This document shows, one piece after another, positions 29,406-49,129 of a stretch of 64,000 nt of DNA (the first letter of the stretch is position 1; each line of letters starts with the position of its first letter). The position numbers were made by a program, and so were the translations under genes. Location: NCBI RefSeq assembly GCF_009914755.1, contig NC_060930.1; one strand, given 5' to 3'. Source of the DNA: the human T2T-CHM13v2.0 reference genome, Homo sapiens. The notes under the pieces were generated by a model, which saw nothing but the letters and a program-made list of their open reading frames with translations, made no database searches and had not been told where the DNA came from.

Positions 29406-29685
29406 GGCCGGGCACAGTGGCTCACGCCTATAATCCCAGCATTTGGGAAGCTGAGGCGGGTGGGTCACTTGAGGTCAGGAGTTTGAGACCAGCCTGACCA
29501 ACACAGTGAAACCCTATCTCTAAAAAAAAAAAAAAAGAAAAGAAAAATTAGCCAGGTGTGGTGGCAAGCACCTGTAGTCCCAGCTACTCAGGAGGCGGGG
29601 GCAAGAGAATCTCTTGAACCCACGAGGCGGAGGTTGCAGTGAGCAGAGATCGCACCAGTGCACCCCAGCCCAGCCTGAGCAACAA
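29406..29685 (+). mobile_element. AluS, 3'-truncated, ending in a 12-bp tandem repeat aaaacagaagtc
   Basis: Alu motifs. Confidence 0.8.
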
Positions 29686-30815
29686 AACAGAAGTCAAAAC
29701 AGAAGTCAAAATAGATGGGTCTACCCAGGGGAACCCTGCAGAGGAAATTGGTGCCATTTTAAACGACAGAGCCTTTCTAGAATTGGTGGCTACAGAAAGT
29801 AGGAATAGGAGGAGGGGAGGAGATGAAGCTGGTTGATTCTACTTCTGCACAATTTTCTGGGTCATTCCCACCATCCCTTCTCACCACGACCACCACCAAG
29901 ACACATGAGACAGCAGAGGCATTTGTTCTGGGCAGGACAGCTTTTCTGAAGAAATATAGTAGGTATCTAGGCAGACTACAGCTTCAAGAGCGAGGCTAGG
30001 TACATCAGGGTAGGGCTCTCTCGACTTTGCCTTTTGGGGAAGGGAGCTGCCCTTATGTGAAGCCTGCAAGTTAGAATAAACCCAAGCTTAAAACAGCAAA
30101 GACCACTCATGCCACACATCCCCAAATTGATCAACCCAGTCCTTGTGTGTGTGTGTGTCCCCCAAACACACTGCTGGAGCTGAGAAGGAGCTGACCAGGT
30201 TAGTTTCGACAACTCAGTCCTTCATTCAGAAAGATGAACAACCAAGGATCATGATGGGAAAACCACCAGCACATAAGAGGAAAGGTCAGGAAGAACAAAC
30301 AGAATAGTCCCTGAAGGAAGCAGATAAATTAGGGAACTGGAAGGAAATTTTCTAAAAATCTCATAGTGTCCTGCAAGAGTTTTGGGAAGATAGTACATCT
30401 GTAAACTGTTAATAAGAAGTATGTTCTAGGCTTAAAGTATAATAATAATAAAAAAAGAAGTATGTTCTAGGAAATGAAGCAATGAAAACAAAGAGTCTGT
30501 AGAAATTAGACACATGACTGTCACAAGATTCGGTACCTGAAGTAGATGATAAAATTTCGGAGATCTTATGGAGTTTAAAGCAAACTATAGAGAGGCAAAA
30601 AATATAATAGAAATGCAAAAAAAAATCAGAACTAATCTGAACTCCTGTTAATACCCGTCCAGTAGTAGGAGTTCTGGAGTGAAATAATTGGGAAAATGGA
30701 GGAAGTGACATTACCAAGTAAATAATAGATGGAAACTTCTCAGAGTTAGGAGAAAATAATTATTCTGCAGATTGAAAGATTTCACTGCTTACCAAGTAGG
30801 ATGAATGAAAAGGGA

Positions 30816-30963
30816 ATATATATATATCTTCTCTATATATATATATTCTATATATATATATCTTCTATATATATATTCTATATATATATATCTACTATAT
30901 ATATTCTATATATATCTACTATATATTCTATATATATATCTACTATATATATATATATATATA
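30816..30963. repeat. Composite TA-rich tract: (TA)n interrupted by TTC/CTAC units, in an old L1M/HAL1-like remnant
   Basis: Read directly from the sequence. Confidence 0.85.
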
Positions 30964-31246
30964 GTATTGCTAAAATTTTAGAATATCAGAGCATAGAAGA
31001 TCCTAGGAGATTTCAGAGAGGAAAAAGCTATCAAGAAGAAAAAGGGTGAGAACCATTTTTGGCTCAAACTTCCTCAACAACACCGGAAGTGGAGAAGTGC
31101 ACTCAAAGTTCTGAAAGTTATTTTGTATCAGAATTCTGTACTCAAGCAAATTATCAATCAGGTGGAGTACAAAACACCAGAAACTTGGTGTATGAAAATT
31201 CAGAAACTAGACCACATCCAGTGCATCTTTTTTAAAACAACTACTT

Positions 31247-31568
<322 letters not shown>

Positions 31569-31906
31569 TCAGAAAGCAACAAAAACTCAGTTCAGGAAAT
31601 AGGACAACATGGGATCCAAGAAGCTAGAAATAACCGCAGAATGCAATGAAAGCAAATCCAAGCAAACGGCTGAGCCGCAGGCCTAGAAAGAAGCGAATAT
31701 ATATTAGACCATTCAACAAATAGGAAGATCAAACAGCTAGAAGATATCAAAGACCAAGGAGGAAGGTGGCACTCTTGCTTCTGAATCTCTGCAAATGTGG
31801 TTCCTTCTACAAAAGGAAACCAGCATGCTTTATTGTTAACCTACTTTTTTTGAAAAAGAAAAAAAAATGGAACTAGTTATAGTTTTCTGCAGTTTAAACA
31901 TTCTAA

Positions 31907-32122
<216 letters not shown>

Positions 32123-32319
32123 TAAGATCCTCCAGCCAGCGGGGAGATGGGAGGAAGAATAGAAGAGAACATAGGAAACCCTGAAAGAGATTCCTGGGCT
32201 GCTTTGAGGTCTGGCCAGGAGGCAGACAGTTGTGTTGAGTCCATTGAAGAGCAGAGTGCAATTTATGGGTTTTTAAAAAAATCATAACTTATTTGGACCA
32301 TAAAATTTATCAAATTCTA

Positions 32320-33930
<1,611 letters not shown>

Positions 33931-36077
33931 CATTAATATCTAACAGGTTTGTTTAGTCCTGGAAAATTTTTTGTCATTATTTTTCCAGATATTCTTCTTC
34001 CTTTCATTTATGCTTTTCTAGCCTTCCAAGTAGTCTATTATTGTGATACTTCTACTTCTGTGCCCTACTTCTCTTGTCTCTTCATTCCATCTCTTCATTC
34101 CTGATTCATTCCTGATGCCTTCTGCGAGTCCCTCCCCTCATCTGCCAGCATATTAATGCATTCTTCAGATATACTCATTCTGGCTTCCATCCCACCCACC
34201 AAGATCTTTATCTCAACAATTGTTTTTCCCATCCCTGATATCTCCAGTGGGTTCTTCCCCATAACTGATTCTTCCTGCTTCATTATTCTCCCCTACTTTG
34301 CTGTGGCTATTTTTCCTTTTTAAAAAAAACATTTTTATTCTCTTCCACCATTTCTGTCTCCCGTGGTATAGGTTGTGCTGCTTTATCTTTCTTAGTCTCG
34401 GAGCTCCTCAGACATCTTGTAATTTTCCCTGTGAGCTCATCTTTAACCCCTTGCACCGTCGGCAGCCTTGGCTTGTAATATCTCCCATGGGTTGTGGTAA
34501 AAAGCTTAGGCCTTGGTTTGTGCTCCTCATACATTTGGAGGGCAAAGGGTTGAGCCTCACTGAGGATGGCTCTAGTGTTAAAATCCAGTCTCAGTGCCAC
34601 TCCCCCACCCCAAGTATCCTTTCCGCTGGGGTATTTTGCAGTTCCCTCTATTGGAATAGGTTGGGGAGAAGAGGCTGCTGGTGTTGCCATTGCCTACACT
34701 TGTTTCCCATGGCTGGTGTACCTGCTGGGCACGAGCACTGGCTCACTGCCCCAAGCCAGCCCTGCTGCTTTTCTACCTGTAGCAATGTCGCATTGATCCA
34801 GGGACCCAGGTTTGTAGGCAGGATCACCTGGAACTCACAGGCGTGGTAGGAGACGTGCAGCCCTGCCCTTGCCCTGCCCACTCCTGCATGGGTGGTCTCG
34901 AGCTCGCTCTCACGTGAGGCCATCATTCTCCCCCAGGATCCAACCAATTTATTGGCCTCCAGAAATGTCTTGCATTTTTGGTGCTAGTTTCCGATTGAGG
35001 TTTTGTTGCTGTTGTTGTTGGTTTTGACTATGATTCTCTTTCTCTGTCCTCTGGCATGTCCAGCATTGGGTTCACAGAGACAGCTGGCAGCTGGTGCTAT
35101 CTGTACCGTCTTATCCAGGACCAGAAATCTTTCTTATTATGTACTTCACTGGCCTTGTTACATCTTGCTTATGAAGTTTAGTTTTATTCCACTGTTGGGG
35201 AAATGGACCCTTGAAGAACTTTCATCTTCTTTGTTTTAATAAAAACTTTTTACATAAAATGTGAACTGGACATTTTCACAGGAAACCAACGGAAGGCATT
35301 GGTTGAGAATGCAGGCTTTGCAGTTGACTATGATGTAGCTCTAGACTTTGCTACTTCATAACTGTGTACCCTTGGACAAATTGACTTTTCGGAGCTGGCT
35401 CTACCCAGTCCCCCTTTGCAAGCCCTGCAGAGAGACAGCTGGTTCCAACTGCTGGTAGATCTCTGAATTTAGAAATTGGGGTGCTTAGAACTTTTTGCCC
35501 CAGTTACAATTCTGGAACAACAGAAAAATATCACTGACATCTTATTCCTGAAATAAAATTTTAAAGCTAGAAGAGATGGCCTGGGCTTTGGTGCATTCCT
35601 TCATTTCAGAGAGGAGGAGACTCCAAGCATCGTGCCATTGTTAAGCAGTGGTGGAGGACACATTAGAACCTGGCCCCAACCCCTTCTGAACGTTTTCTTT
35701 CTGCTACATCAGGCTTGCTTCTAAAGTAGTTGTTATGATTGTTATATATTCCCAGTGGGTACCAAGAATAGTAATCCTTTTTTTTTAAAGGGATTTTGTT
35801 TGATATTCTGGATATGCCACAGTTCCCTACATGTTGGTCTGCTTTTTTCTTGTTCTCTTAGGAGAGATGAAGCCAGTATTGATTTGAGCATGCTAGCCTT
35901 AATCGCTGAGTTATATCGGGGAATGGTGCTGCTTTCTTCTGCAATCTGCTCTTGGATCTCTTTGCAAAACTCTGATTTACTCCTTGTGATTATTTGGGAA
36001 ACAAATCAGAAGAAAACAAAACTGGTTTCCTTTCCTCTCCCCCTTACATTTTTTATGACCTATCTTAACTTTGGCAG

Positions 36078-36136
36078 GTTCGATACAGAGGAGGAGGCTA
36101 TAGCAATCGCTAACGCAGCTGATGTTGGGTTAGCAG
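36078..36136 (+). CDS. ALDH5A1: ALDH5A1 exon 9 (59 nt; FDTEEEAIAIANAADVGLA)
   Basis: gcAG/GTaggt boundaries; phase 2/1 joins exons 8 and 10 in frame. Confidence 0.96.
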
Positions 36137-37434
36137 GTAGGTGTTTGTCCTTGTTCAATACCAGTCATAATCATTTTTCTCCAGCTCATGCCAGATTTAC
36201 CCTTTTAAACATCACCCTGGGTTTTGAGACAGAAACTTCAATGAGGTATGTGTTTTGTTGCTTTCCAAGTGGTGGAATGGATTTGGATTTGTGCAAGTAT
36301 GTGTACTTTTCCCTTGTCCCCATGATACACATTTGGGAGCTCTCTAATTACAGCTGTGGGAAGAAGAGAAGGTGCACATTATTCTACTTTTCTAGGTGGA
36401 GAACTGCACACATCTCAAAGTCCCACATTCTCAGAGGCTTAATCCCCAGAAATTCCAAATGCTTTTTCTTCCCTTTTGCGTGGCTCCTGTAAGCCTGAAC
36501 AGAAGAGGAAGGGCATCAGCAAGGAGTGTCAGGGACAATGAAAGGAGTGAAGATGGTGTGTGCAGAGGTGCCTCTCTGATGGCTGACATTCCTTTAGTTT
36601 GGAGATGGGCCAGGTGGTCACTGCATGTACTCTATAACCCTGAGAAAATTATGTAATAGCATCCACAGCAAATGAAGTACTGCAGAAGATACAAAGACAT
36701 ACAAGATGCCACTATAGCTCTATAGAAGCTTCCCCTCTAGCTGTAAGAGAACTATTTATACCAAGAGGAATGATAAGCATGCTATGAGGTCCCTTAGAGT
36801 TATCATAAAGCTGGAGTAAGATGTGTGCACAAGGACGTTTATAACACTGAGTTCAGCATTTGTCTCTTCCTTCTCGATGGGGTGATGGTGGAGGAAGACG
36901 TACCCTGAACTAGGTCATAAATGATGGGCAGAATTCTGGTTGTGCAGAAGCTGGAGGAGAGAGATTCTGGGCAGAGGGCACCAAGGGAGTTGAGAAGCAA
37001 AGTAAGAAAGGGTGAGGAGAATTTGGCTGACAGGTTTGGAGAGGATGGTTGGTGATTGGAGTAATGGAAGATGAAGCCAGAAATGTTGATTGAAACTACT
37101 TGTGGGGGAGAGGGTGTTGAATACCCACTAATGAATTTAACCTTATTTTATAATCAGGAGTCATCGAAAGGCTTGGGCAAAAATGTCGTGTGGAAATCTA
37201 ACAGGTGTGCAGGTGGATTGAATAGTAGAAAACAGGAAGAGGGTCTCGATAGGAGATAGTGAGAGTAGAATTGAAGCAAGAGGTGACTTTCAAAGGTTTT
37301 GAGATGAAAAAGTGGACAAGACCAACCTGGGACTTTATCTGGGAGCAGGGAAGACTCCAGGCCCAAGTGGCTGGACAAAAAGTCATCAATGGTGCCCTCA
37401 TCTTTAGGCATGATGTCTTTAATGACTCTTCTAA

Positions 37435-37671
<237 letters not shown>

Positions 37672-37745
37672 GATTCTTTGGTTCTTTAAAAAAATTTAAA
37701 AGGAGACTTATCTACATATATAGGTACATGCCATCCATTATTTTA

Positions 37746-37751
37746 AATAAA
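37746..37751 (+). terminator. Candidate proximal poly(A) signal AATAAA of ALDH5A1
   Basis: AATAAA 75 nt after the stop codon in a U-rich context; further hexamers at 38212, 39855, 40079 and 40808. Confidence 0.45.
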
Positions 37752-39490
37752 CTAATAGGTTTTCAGAATTATGAATTTTTCAGAACTCATCCAGTCCTTG
37801 TAATCTTAAACAGATGCAAATCCTACCCCTGCCCTTAATGTAACTAGGGACCAATATGTGCCACGTGCCTGTGGCTGCAGACTCCCAGAGAACCAGCACT
37901 GGGTTTACAGAATGAGGCCCTGGCTCCCCACCACAGCCCCAGCTGCCTCAGAGCAGGCACAGCACAAGGCAGGCCCAGCCCCATGGGCCGTCACAAAGGC
38001 TTGATCACTGCCTGGGCAGTGGCACAACCATCCCCCATGTCGCTACAGAACATGGGCCCAGAGCACCTTGAAGGAGACCCTTGACTGTGACTGGCAGGCA
38101 GGTGAGGGGCACAGCACCCCTCCCCGGCATCTGCCAGCTCAGCACAGAAGACACCGAATGTGCATCTGGAGGTGTTGCGGCAGAGGTTTGAGTGAACCCT
38201 CTTTCAAAGACAATAAATAGCACAGAATTGTCCGTGCTTCTGTGAGGCACGAAGGAGCACCTCTCCCTATTCCTGAACCATATTTTAATTGATGCCTTTA
38301 TTGTCCCAAATTTACCACTTAAAGAATTCTATTTTCATTTCTGTCCTGTTTGCCACTTCATTTCATTTCCTTGAGTAAATGAGCTGAAGTGTAAAGCAAA
38401 GAATAGCAGAAGCAGCTTGGTAGGATGGAAGGCACGCAGTGGCATGGCCTGGCTCCTTCCCTGAGTGGCCTTGTTGCCTTGGGCGTGTGTTCAGCACCTC
38501 CCATCCCATGGATACAGTGGAGATTCCATACAGGCCTTACTTAGCTCCTTGCGATACTGTGAGCCAGAGAGAAAGTAAAAGCACTTCACAAAAAAATGAA
38601 AATTCTAAGGACATACAAGAGCCATTGTTACGAGCAGCACCGCCCAGCCCTTCCTTGCCTACTGTCAGTGGCTTTGCCAAGATGGGAGGAGGCCAGTGCC
38701 CACTTGCCCACCGACCTGAGCCTGAGTAAGTGGCTGTCACCTGAGCCTGTTCTTTCTGTCCTGGTGTGGTGCTGCTCCCTCACCTCCAAAAGAGCAAAAG
38801 TACTTTCACCACAGTCAACCCAAAAGGGAAAGAATTTCTGTAATTGCCAACCCACTTTGTAGAAGAGGCATGAGCCCTTGAATTTCAGGCACCTTTTATC
38901 TAATGAGAGTTTTTACAGCTCATCATTCAAATAACGCACAAAAAACAAAAGCCGCTATGACCGGCGTTGCCTCTCACTTTGAAAGAAAGACTCCGTAATC
39001 TTAAACAGATGCAAATCCAATTAGGCGGCCAAGTAGGTGGAGACGAAGCACCTTCCTTTCCCCATCTCTGTCTGTGTAGACTCCACTTACATCTTGTGGT
39101 TATTCTGGGTTGTGGAAGGAAAATGTGAATGAAAGTAGTGCTGGATGCAATTACTCCTGAACCCCACCTAGGATTTAACATCCCTCATTGAGCCACTGGG
39201 AAGCTATGGTTGAGTAACTAAAGGTCTGGCAAGACCCTGGGCACACAGGGAGCTGCCTAGCATCTGGCCTGGAGTGTACTAGCCACATTCCCAAGGTCCC
39301 AAGGAGAAGGAAGAGCTGAAATTCATCTCCTAGTGACAGTGCCCCGGCCCTGTCAAGAATCACATACTCAGCATTTTGACAGTTAATGTCTTCTCTTTAT
39401 TTGTGTAGTTTTTAGGTGGTTTTATATAACATTTTAATTACTTGTGATTTAGATGTATCCATCCTTTTTCTATTAAGAATACAAATGCTG

Positions 39491-39806
<316 letters not shown>

Positions 39807-40154
39807 TTATAACTCTGGATTACCGATGCTGAGATGTGTGCAGGAATACTTCCAAATAAATTTTTAACATTGTAAGCCAGTAGATTCTTTGGCTGGGTGG
39901 CAAATTTTGAGTCTTCTTGCATATTTGGCTCATGGGTTCATAAATTGAGGCCAGAGACTCATTGTATATCCTTGATCAATTTTCTAATTAAAGGAAATAG
40001 CTTATTGTTTAGTAAAATGGCCCTTGGTTGTGGGAAGAAAGAGAATTATTTTTAACTGAACGTTTTTGTTGTTTTTTAAATAAAGTAGCCATATGTAACG
40101 GGATTTTAAAAATATATACATTTTACAACATGGACTAGAAAAGGACCATTAGAT

Positions 40155-40490
40155 CAGGGGTTGGCAAACTATGGCCCACGAATCAAACCTGGCCTGCCAC
40201 CTGTTTTTATACAACCTGTGAGCTAAGAATGGTTTATATGTTTTCAAATGATTGGGCAGAAAATCAAAAGAAGAACAATATTTCATGACACCTGAAAATT
40301 CTATGAAATTCAGATTTCAGTGTCCATAAACAAAATGTTATTAGAGCATAGCCACACCCATTCATTTATGGTATTGTCTGGGACTGCTTTCTTGGCAGAG
40401 TTGAATAGTTGGGACAGGGACAGTATAGCCTGCAAAGCCTAAAAGATTTACTACTTGTCTCCTTAAAGAAAAAGTTTGCCAGCTCCTGAT
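40155..40490 (-). mobile_element. MER58B in the ALDH5A1 3' UTR
   Basis: caggggttggcaaactatggccc...aaagtttgccagctcctg terminal inverted repeats. Confidence 0.8.
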
Positions 40491-41129
40491 CTAGACCAAG
40501 AGGGAGATATTGACCTTACTTGCATTTATCCGGCATTATTTCAACACCTCCTGTGAAGAAAGTACTTTTCTGGCATAGCTACCGTGAGTTCTCAGCAGGA
40601 ACTTCCCAGCGATGATAATGTACATGAAATTAGCCACGTAACAAGAGTCTATTTGCCTTGAAAAAACAATTATCCTTGAACTTCCTCCAGCTATGCAGGG
40701 ATTCTCATTAAAGAGCTGATCTGCATCTGTTTATCCATTTTAGTAGCTTTTAAATATGATTTTATGTGAAGTGCCATTTCTTTATTCTACTAAAGAGAGA
40801 CAGCAGAAATAAAGATCAGAAGCAAATGTGAGCAAATCTGTTTTACTGTTAACTTCAATTATGAACTTGAAATTGTGCCACATGACTTTTTCCTCTAAAA
40901 ACTGGATCCTAGTGTTTTAATTACCTGTGTGCAGCTATTTTAAATAGCATTTTACTTGAATAATATGTATGTTGTCATTGTTTCATGCTATACTTTGTGG
41001 GATAAAACTTGGGAATGAGTGTGGTAAGAAATTTATAAAGTTTTGCTTTTAAAACGTGGACATAACTCATTTTTCTAGTTTTTGACAATTGTGTGTTTTA
41101 GTGTCTAGTCTGCAGAGAGCTGTGTGATT

Positions 41130-41135
41130 AATAAA
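41130..41135 (+). terminator. Distal poly(A) signal AATAAA of ALDH5A1
   Basis: AATAAA followed about 35 nt later by ggtgtctggttgtgctttttt. Confidence 0.75.
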
Positions 41136-41489
41136 CGTGGAATTAACAGAATTTCCTCTCCCTGTATTAAGGTGTCTGGTTGTGCTTTTTTCCCCCTACT
41201 TGGTGATCTTTTGAGTTTTTATTGGATGATATTAGACCAGTTTGCATTTGTGTAAATAGCACTCCCTCCCCCAGAGAGCCGTAATCAGTGAGTGCCTTGG
41301 GGAAGGAGCCAGCATGTGAAATGATGTGCCCTAAAACCCAGAGAAGGGCCTGTCCATGGTGTGCGCTTATAGAATGTTTGCTAAGCTGAACTGAGAATTT
41401 ACCTGGTTTGCAGAGGTGGCGGTCACAGAAAGGTGTATAGGCCAGCCGTCACAGATTGGCCTATCTCTCTCTCCTACACGCCCCACTGT

Positions 41490-41712
41490 TATGACTTCCT
41501 GGGCTCAAACAAGCCTCTCACCTCTGCCTCCTGAGTAGCTGGGACCACAGGCACCTGCTACCACACTCAGTTAATTTTTCTTTCATTTTTTGAACAGTCA
41601 GGGTCTCACTGTGTTGCCCAGACTGGTCTCAAACTCCTGGGTTCAAGCCACCCTCCCGCCTCAGCCTCCCAAAGTGCTGGGATTATGGGAGTGCACCATT
41701 GTAGCCAGCCCT
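41490..41712 (-). mobile_element. Partial AluJ
   Basis: Alu motifs. Confidence 0.75.
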
Positions 41713-41789
41713 CACCATAATTTAGAACACAGACAGCACTGCTGCCCAGTGGTTAGTGGACATTTTTGCAAATGTCGTCTCACATTTTA

Positions 41790-44416
<2,627 letters not shown>

Positions 44417-45159
44417 TATAAGCCTATGTGCTCTCTTCCTGCTGCAATAAAGTCTCAGTCCTGCAACTCTGGGTTCATCATCTTTAGGAGAATGGAGGTG
44501 ATAATACTCTCCATGTAGGCTTCAAATAAAGGAAGCTTTGCTGCTTGCTAATCTCAACTCAACAAGAGAGGCTCTAGGGACCAATTAGTTGGAGAAATGG
44601 TGACTTTGTTTCTTCTTTTTTTTTTTTTCCTTTCTTAACTTTGTTCCTGATTTTAATGGAAATGCTTATTTTACTGTTGATATGTGGATCTGGCCTTTCC
44701 TTCTCAACATCTTTAAACTTTTAATTTTGAAATAATTATAAATTCATAGGAAGTTGCAAAGATAATGCAGAGTCCCGTGTACCCTTCACCCAGTGGTTCG
44801 CTTATTACCTATGTAATACAATTATCAAAACCAGGAAACTGATACCAGTGCAAAACTGTTAATCCAGGCCTTATTCCAATTTCACTCGTTTTTATGTGCA
44901 CTCATTTGTATGTGAGTGTTTGTACACCTCTACCTAATTTGATCACATCAATAGTTAGATTTGTGTAGGCAGCACCTGAATCAAGATACAGAACTGTTTC
45001 ATCTCTACCTAGGAAATCCCTGGCAGTACCTCTTCATAAATGACTTTGAAAGTAACTTGGCAAGATTGGTAGCTTTTTTAAACTTTCCTTTCACTATTAT
45101 ATACGTGCAAAAAAAAAGGATACATAATTGAATAAGTGAATCGCTCAATGAATTCTCAG

Positions 45160-46120
<961 letters not shown>

Positions 46121-46323
46121 AATTCCTTTAGTTTCAGTAATGGAAAGTCATCCTTGTTGAAATTATAAAGATTTTGTTCCTTTACTTAGCCTAGTATTTG
46201 CTCTCTCAGTAAATACACAACTCTTACAGGATTGAAGATGATCCAGGAGCCACGTAATTAGTTTAACTACAATACCCCATTCCCATTCTCATACTTCAAC
46301 AAGCATTTATCTCAACAAAATTA

Positions 46324-47108
46324 TGTGAACAAATATGAACTTGAAAGAGCCAATCCTTTAAGATAAATCCCCATTGGTTAACTAGGCCTAAATTTAAAAT
46401 AGACCTAAGTGGGACCTGGCACTGTAGCTCACATCAGTAATCCCAGCACTTTGGGAGGCAGAGGGAGGTGGATCACTTGAGCCAGGAATTTTTGAGACCA
46501 GCCTGGAGAGCATAGTGAGACTCCCCCATCTCTACAAAAAATTAGTCCACACCTGTAGTCCCACCTACTCAGGAAGCTGAGAGGTGGGAGGATCACTTGA
46601 GCCTGGGAGGTCCACACTGCAGTGAGCCGTGATGGTGCCACTGCACTCCAGCCTGAGTGACAGAGCAAGACCCTGTCTCAAACAAACAAAAAACACCTAA
46701 GTGAGCATTTGTTAACTAGATGTCACACACATGTACTGAGTTCCCCCCAAAACCCACACCTTTGTTCAGTTTGGGAACTCCAGAGTTCACCTGAACCAGT
46801 CAATCAGAGCTCACCTGCCTTAACCAATCAGGACTCAGATGTATCAACCAACCAGGCGTCATCTGTATCAACCAACCCAAACTGAGCTACACTGACCAAT
46901 CAGAACTATGCAAGTTTCAATCCTTCATTTACATATGGACCTGATTGGAAACCTGGGTAGAATTTTGCTATAAATCCAGAACGCTTGCTTTGTTTTTTGA
47001 AACCCATCTTTGTTTTACACAGAAGACCATAACTCTGTGGTTTGGAAACTGTTCACGGCAATAAAGTCTCTTTCCTTCAAATTCCTTTTCAGAGAACTTC
47101 TGTTCACA
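46324..47108 (+). mobile_element. MER57-like ERV1 solo LTR interrupted by AluJ (46412-46695)
   Basis: Termini TGTGAACA...TGTTCACA; repeated CCAATCAG; TATAAA near 46969; AATAAA near 47060. Confidence 0.7.
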
Positions 47109-47399
47109 GTTGCTAATGGAGTGAGTTAAAACAGCCTGGAAAGGAAGGAACTACTACCTGTTTGAGGGGAAAGCTCCATACAGTACTACCATATATGAAA
47201 CTCCAGAAAATTCAAGCTAATCTCTAGTGATTGCCAGGGGAGAGGGGGATTACAAAGAGCCACGAGGAAACTTTTATGGGTAATTATGTTTGTTCAACAG
47301 CTTGATTGTGGTCATGGTTTCACAGATGTGCACACATATCAAAGCATCAAATTGTATTATGTGCAGTTTACTGTAAGTGAATTATACCTCAATCTGCAT

Positions 47400-47703
<304 letters not shown>

Positions 47704-47924
47704 TAAAAATGGCTTTATTACTGATAAGAGCTAGATTAGAGGATGCAGTGTAAGTATACTCTCTCCAGAATCTAATCACCCTACCATGCTGTGGGCCTTC
47801 TGGCACGAGGGACAGACTGCCTGTTAATTGCAGAGAACCACCCACACAGAGGAAGGCGAGCTGACTGAGCATGCTCAGTTCTTCCGGAACACTTGTCTTC
47901 CCACAGGGAAGGAGCAGGGGATGT

Positions 47925-48235
47925 TAGTCCAGCCTTCTGCAAATTTTTTTCTTTCTGTAAAAGGCCAGATAGTAAATAGTTTAGGCTTTGCAGACAGTCC
48001 CTGTCAAAACTCCTCAACTTTGTTGTAACATAAGAACAGCCATAGATAATACATAAATCAGTGAATGTGGATATGTTCCAATAAAACTTTATTTATGAAC
48101 ACAAATCTGAATGTCATATAGTTCACATGTTTCAAATTTTTTTATTTATTTTTAACCATTTGAAAACATAAGACCCACTTTTCGGCTCATGGGGCGTGCA
48201 CACACAGGCTGCAGGCCACAGTTTGCTGACCTATA
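47925..48235 (+). mobile_element. MER58B overlapping the KIAA0319 3' end
   Basis: ctgtaaaaggccagatagtaaatagtttaggctttgc...cagtttgctgacc. Confidence 0.8.
48088..48093 (-). terminator. Candidate distal KIAA0319 poly(A) signal, inside MER58
   Basis: TTTATT on the + strand, within AATAAAACTTTATT. Confidence 0.55.
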
Positions 48236-48317
48236 CTCAAGGGAAATCCCTCTACCCTGAAGCATAAAGAAAACAAATTTCCCCCTAAAAATAAGCATTA
48301 CAGAAAATACAGACACC

Positions 48318-48323
48318 TTTATT
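48318..48323 (-). terminator. Candidate KIAA0319 poly(A) signal
   Basis: TTTATT on the + strand, with an A-rich (minus-strand U-rich) downstream region. Confidence 0.55.
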
Positions 48324-49129
48324 TAGATTAGTGCATATATTTAATAGTGTGATATTAGAAATACCTTGTCAACACATAGGGAAAAATAATATATTTTAAG
48401 CAATAAAACCAAGATTAAAATAGTCCATGATAGCTTTGTCACACAAAAAACAATGGTAGTCACTCTCCTCCCCGCGCACAAAAGGTGGCATCACTGGCTT
48501 GTTGAGTGGTACATTTTCTTACCTTGCTGCATGTTTTTCAGATAGTTCCTTAGTCATACACATGCTTAGCCTTGTAATGCCATGGGTATGAATCCTCCTT
48601 CATTGAATGTAAACCAGCAACTAAAGTGCTTGTTAGCCTGTGAGCCCTACAAACACCCACTCCCATATTCTAGGGCCTGTTTTTCTCTGTCCAGAGCTCT
48701 TAGCGTGCTTTATCTCCCAAAGATCCTCAATGATAAGCAGTCCACCATGAAGAATGCTGGTTGGTCATTCCATCTCGTGCTTTGTTCTGATGAGAAATGG
48801 GGTGACAAGACAGGACTCACTTTCTGATCACTACTGTGATGTTTGATTTCCCAGAGATTCAAGATCCTTCTGTGATGGAAGGATCAGAGAGGCCAGGCTG
48901 AGATGGCCAAGGACAGAAAAGGAGGAGGGGCAGAAGAAGTCCACTGTAAACCTAGAGGGAGGGGTGGCCCGGGTGTGATCCACAGGAGACTATGCAGGCC
49001 ATCTCTCCCTCTGACCTTGGCTCTCTGGATCCATTAAAAGAAACTCCTCTTAGTCCTGGGAATAGAACTTTCAGGTGGCCCAAAAGTTCCACCAGAATTT
49101 GCCCTCCATCCATCAAGGCAGGAGTTCTT

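Noticed and set aside
34298-34849. 183-aa Cys/Leu-rich ORF and overlapping ORFs
   Set aside because: Decayed L1M/HAL1-like sequence with compositional bias only
35755-36492. 245-aa ORF
   Set aside because: Only 59 nt (exon 9) is coding; the rest is open intronic frame with no recognisable domain
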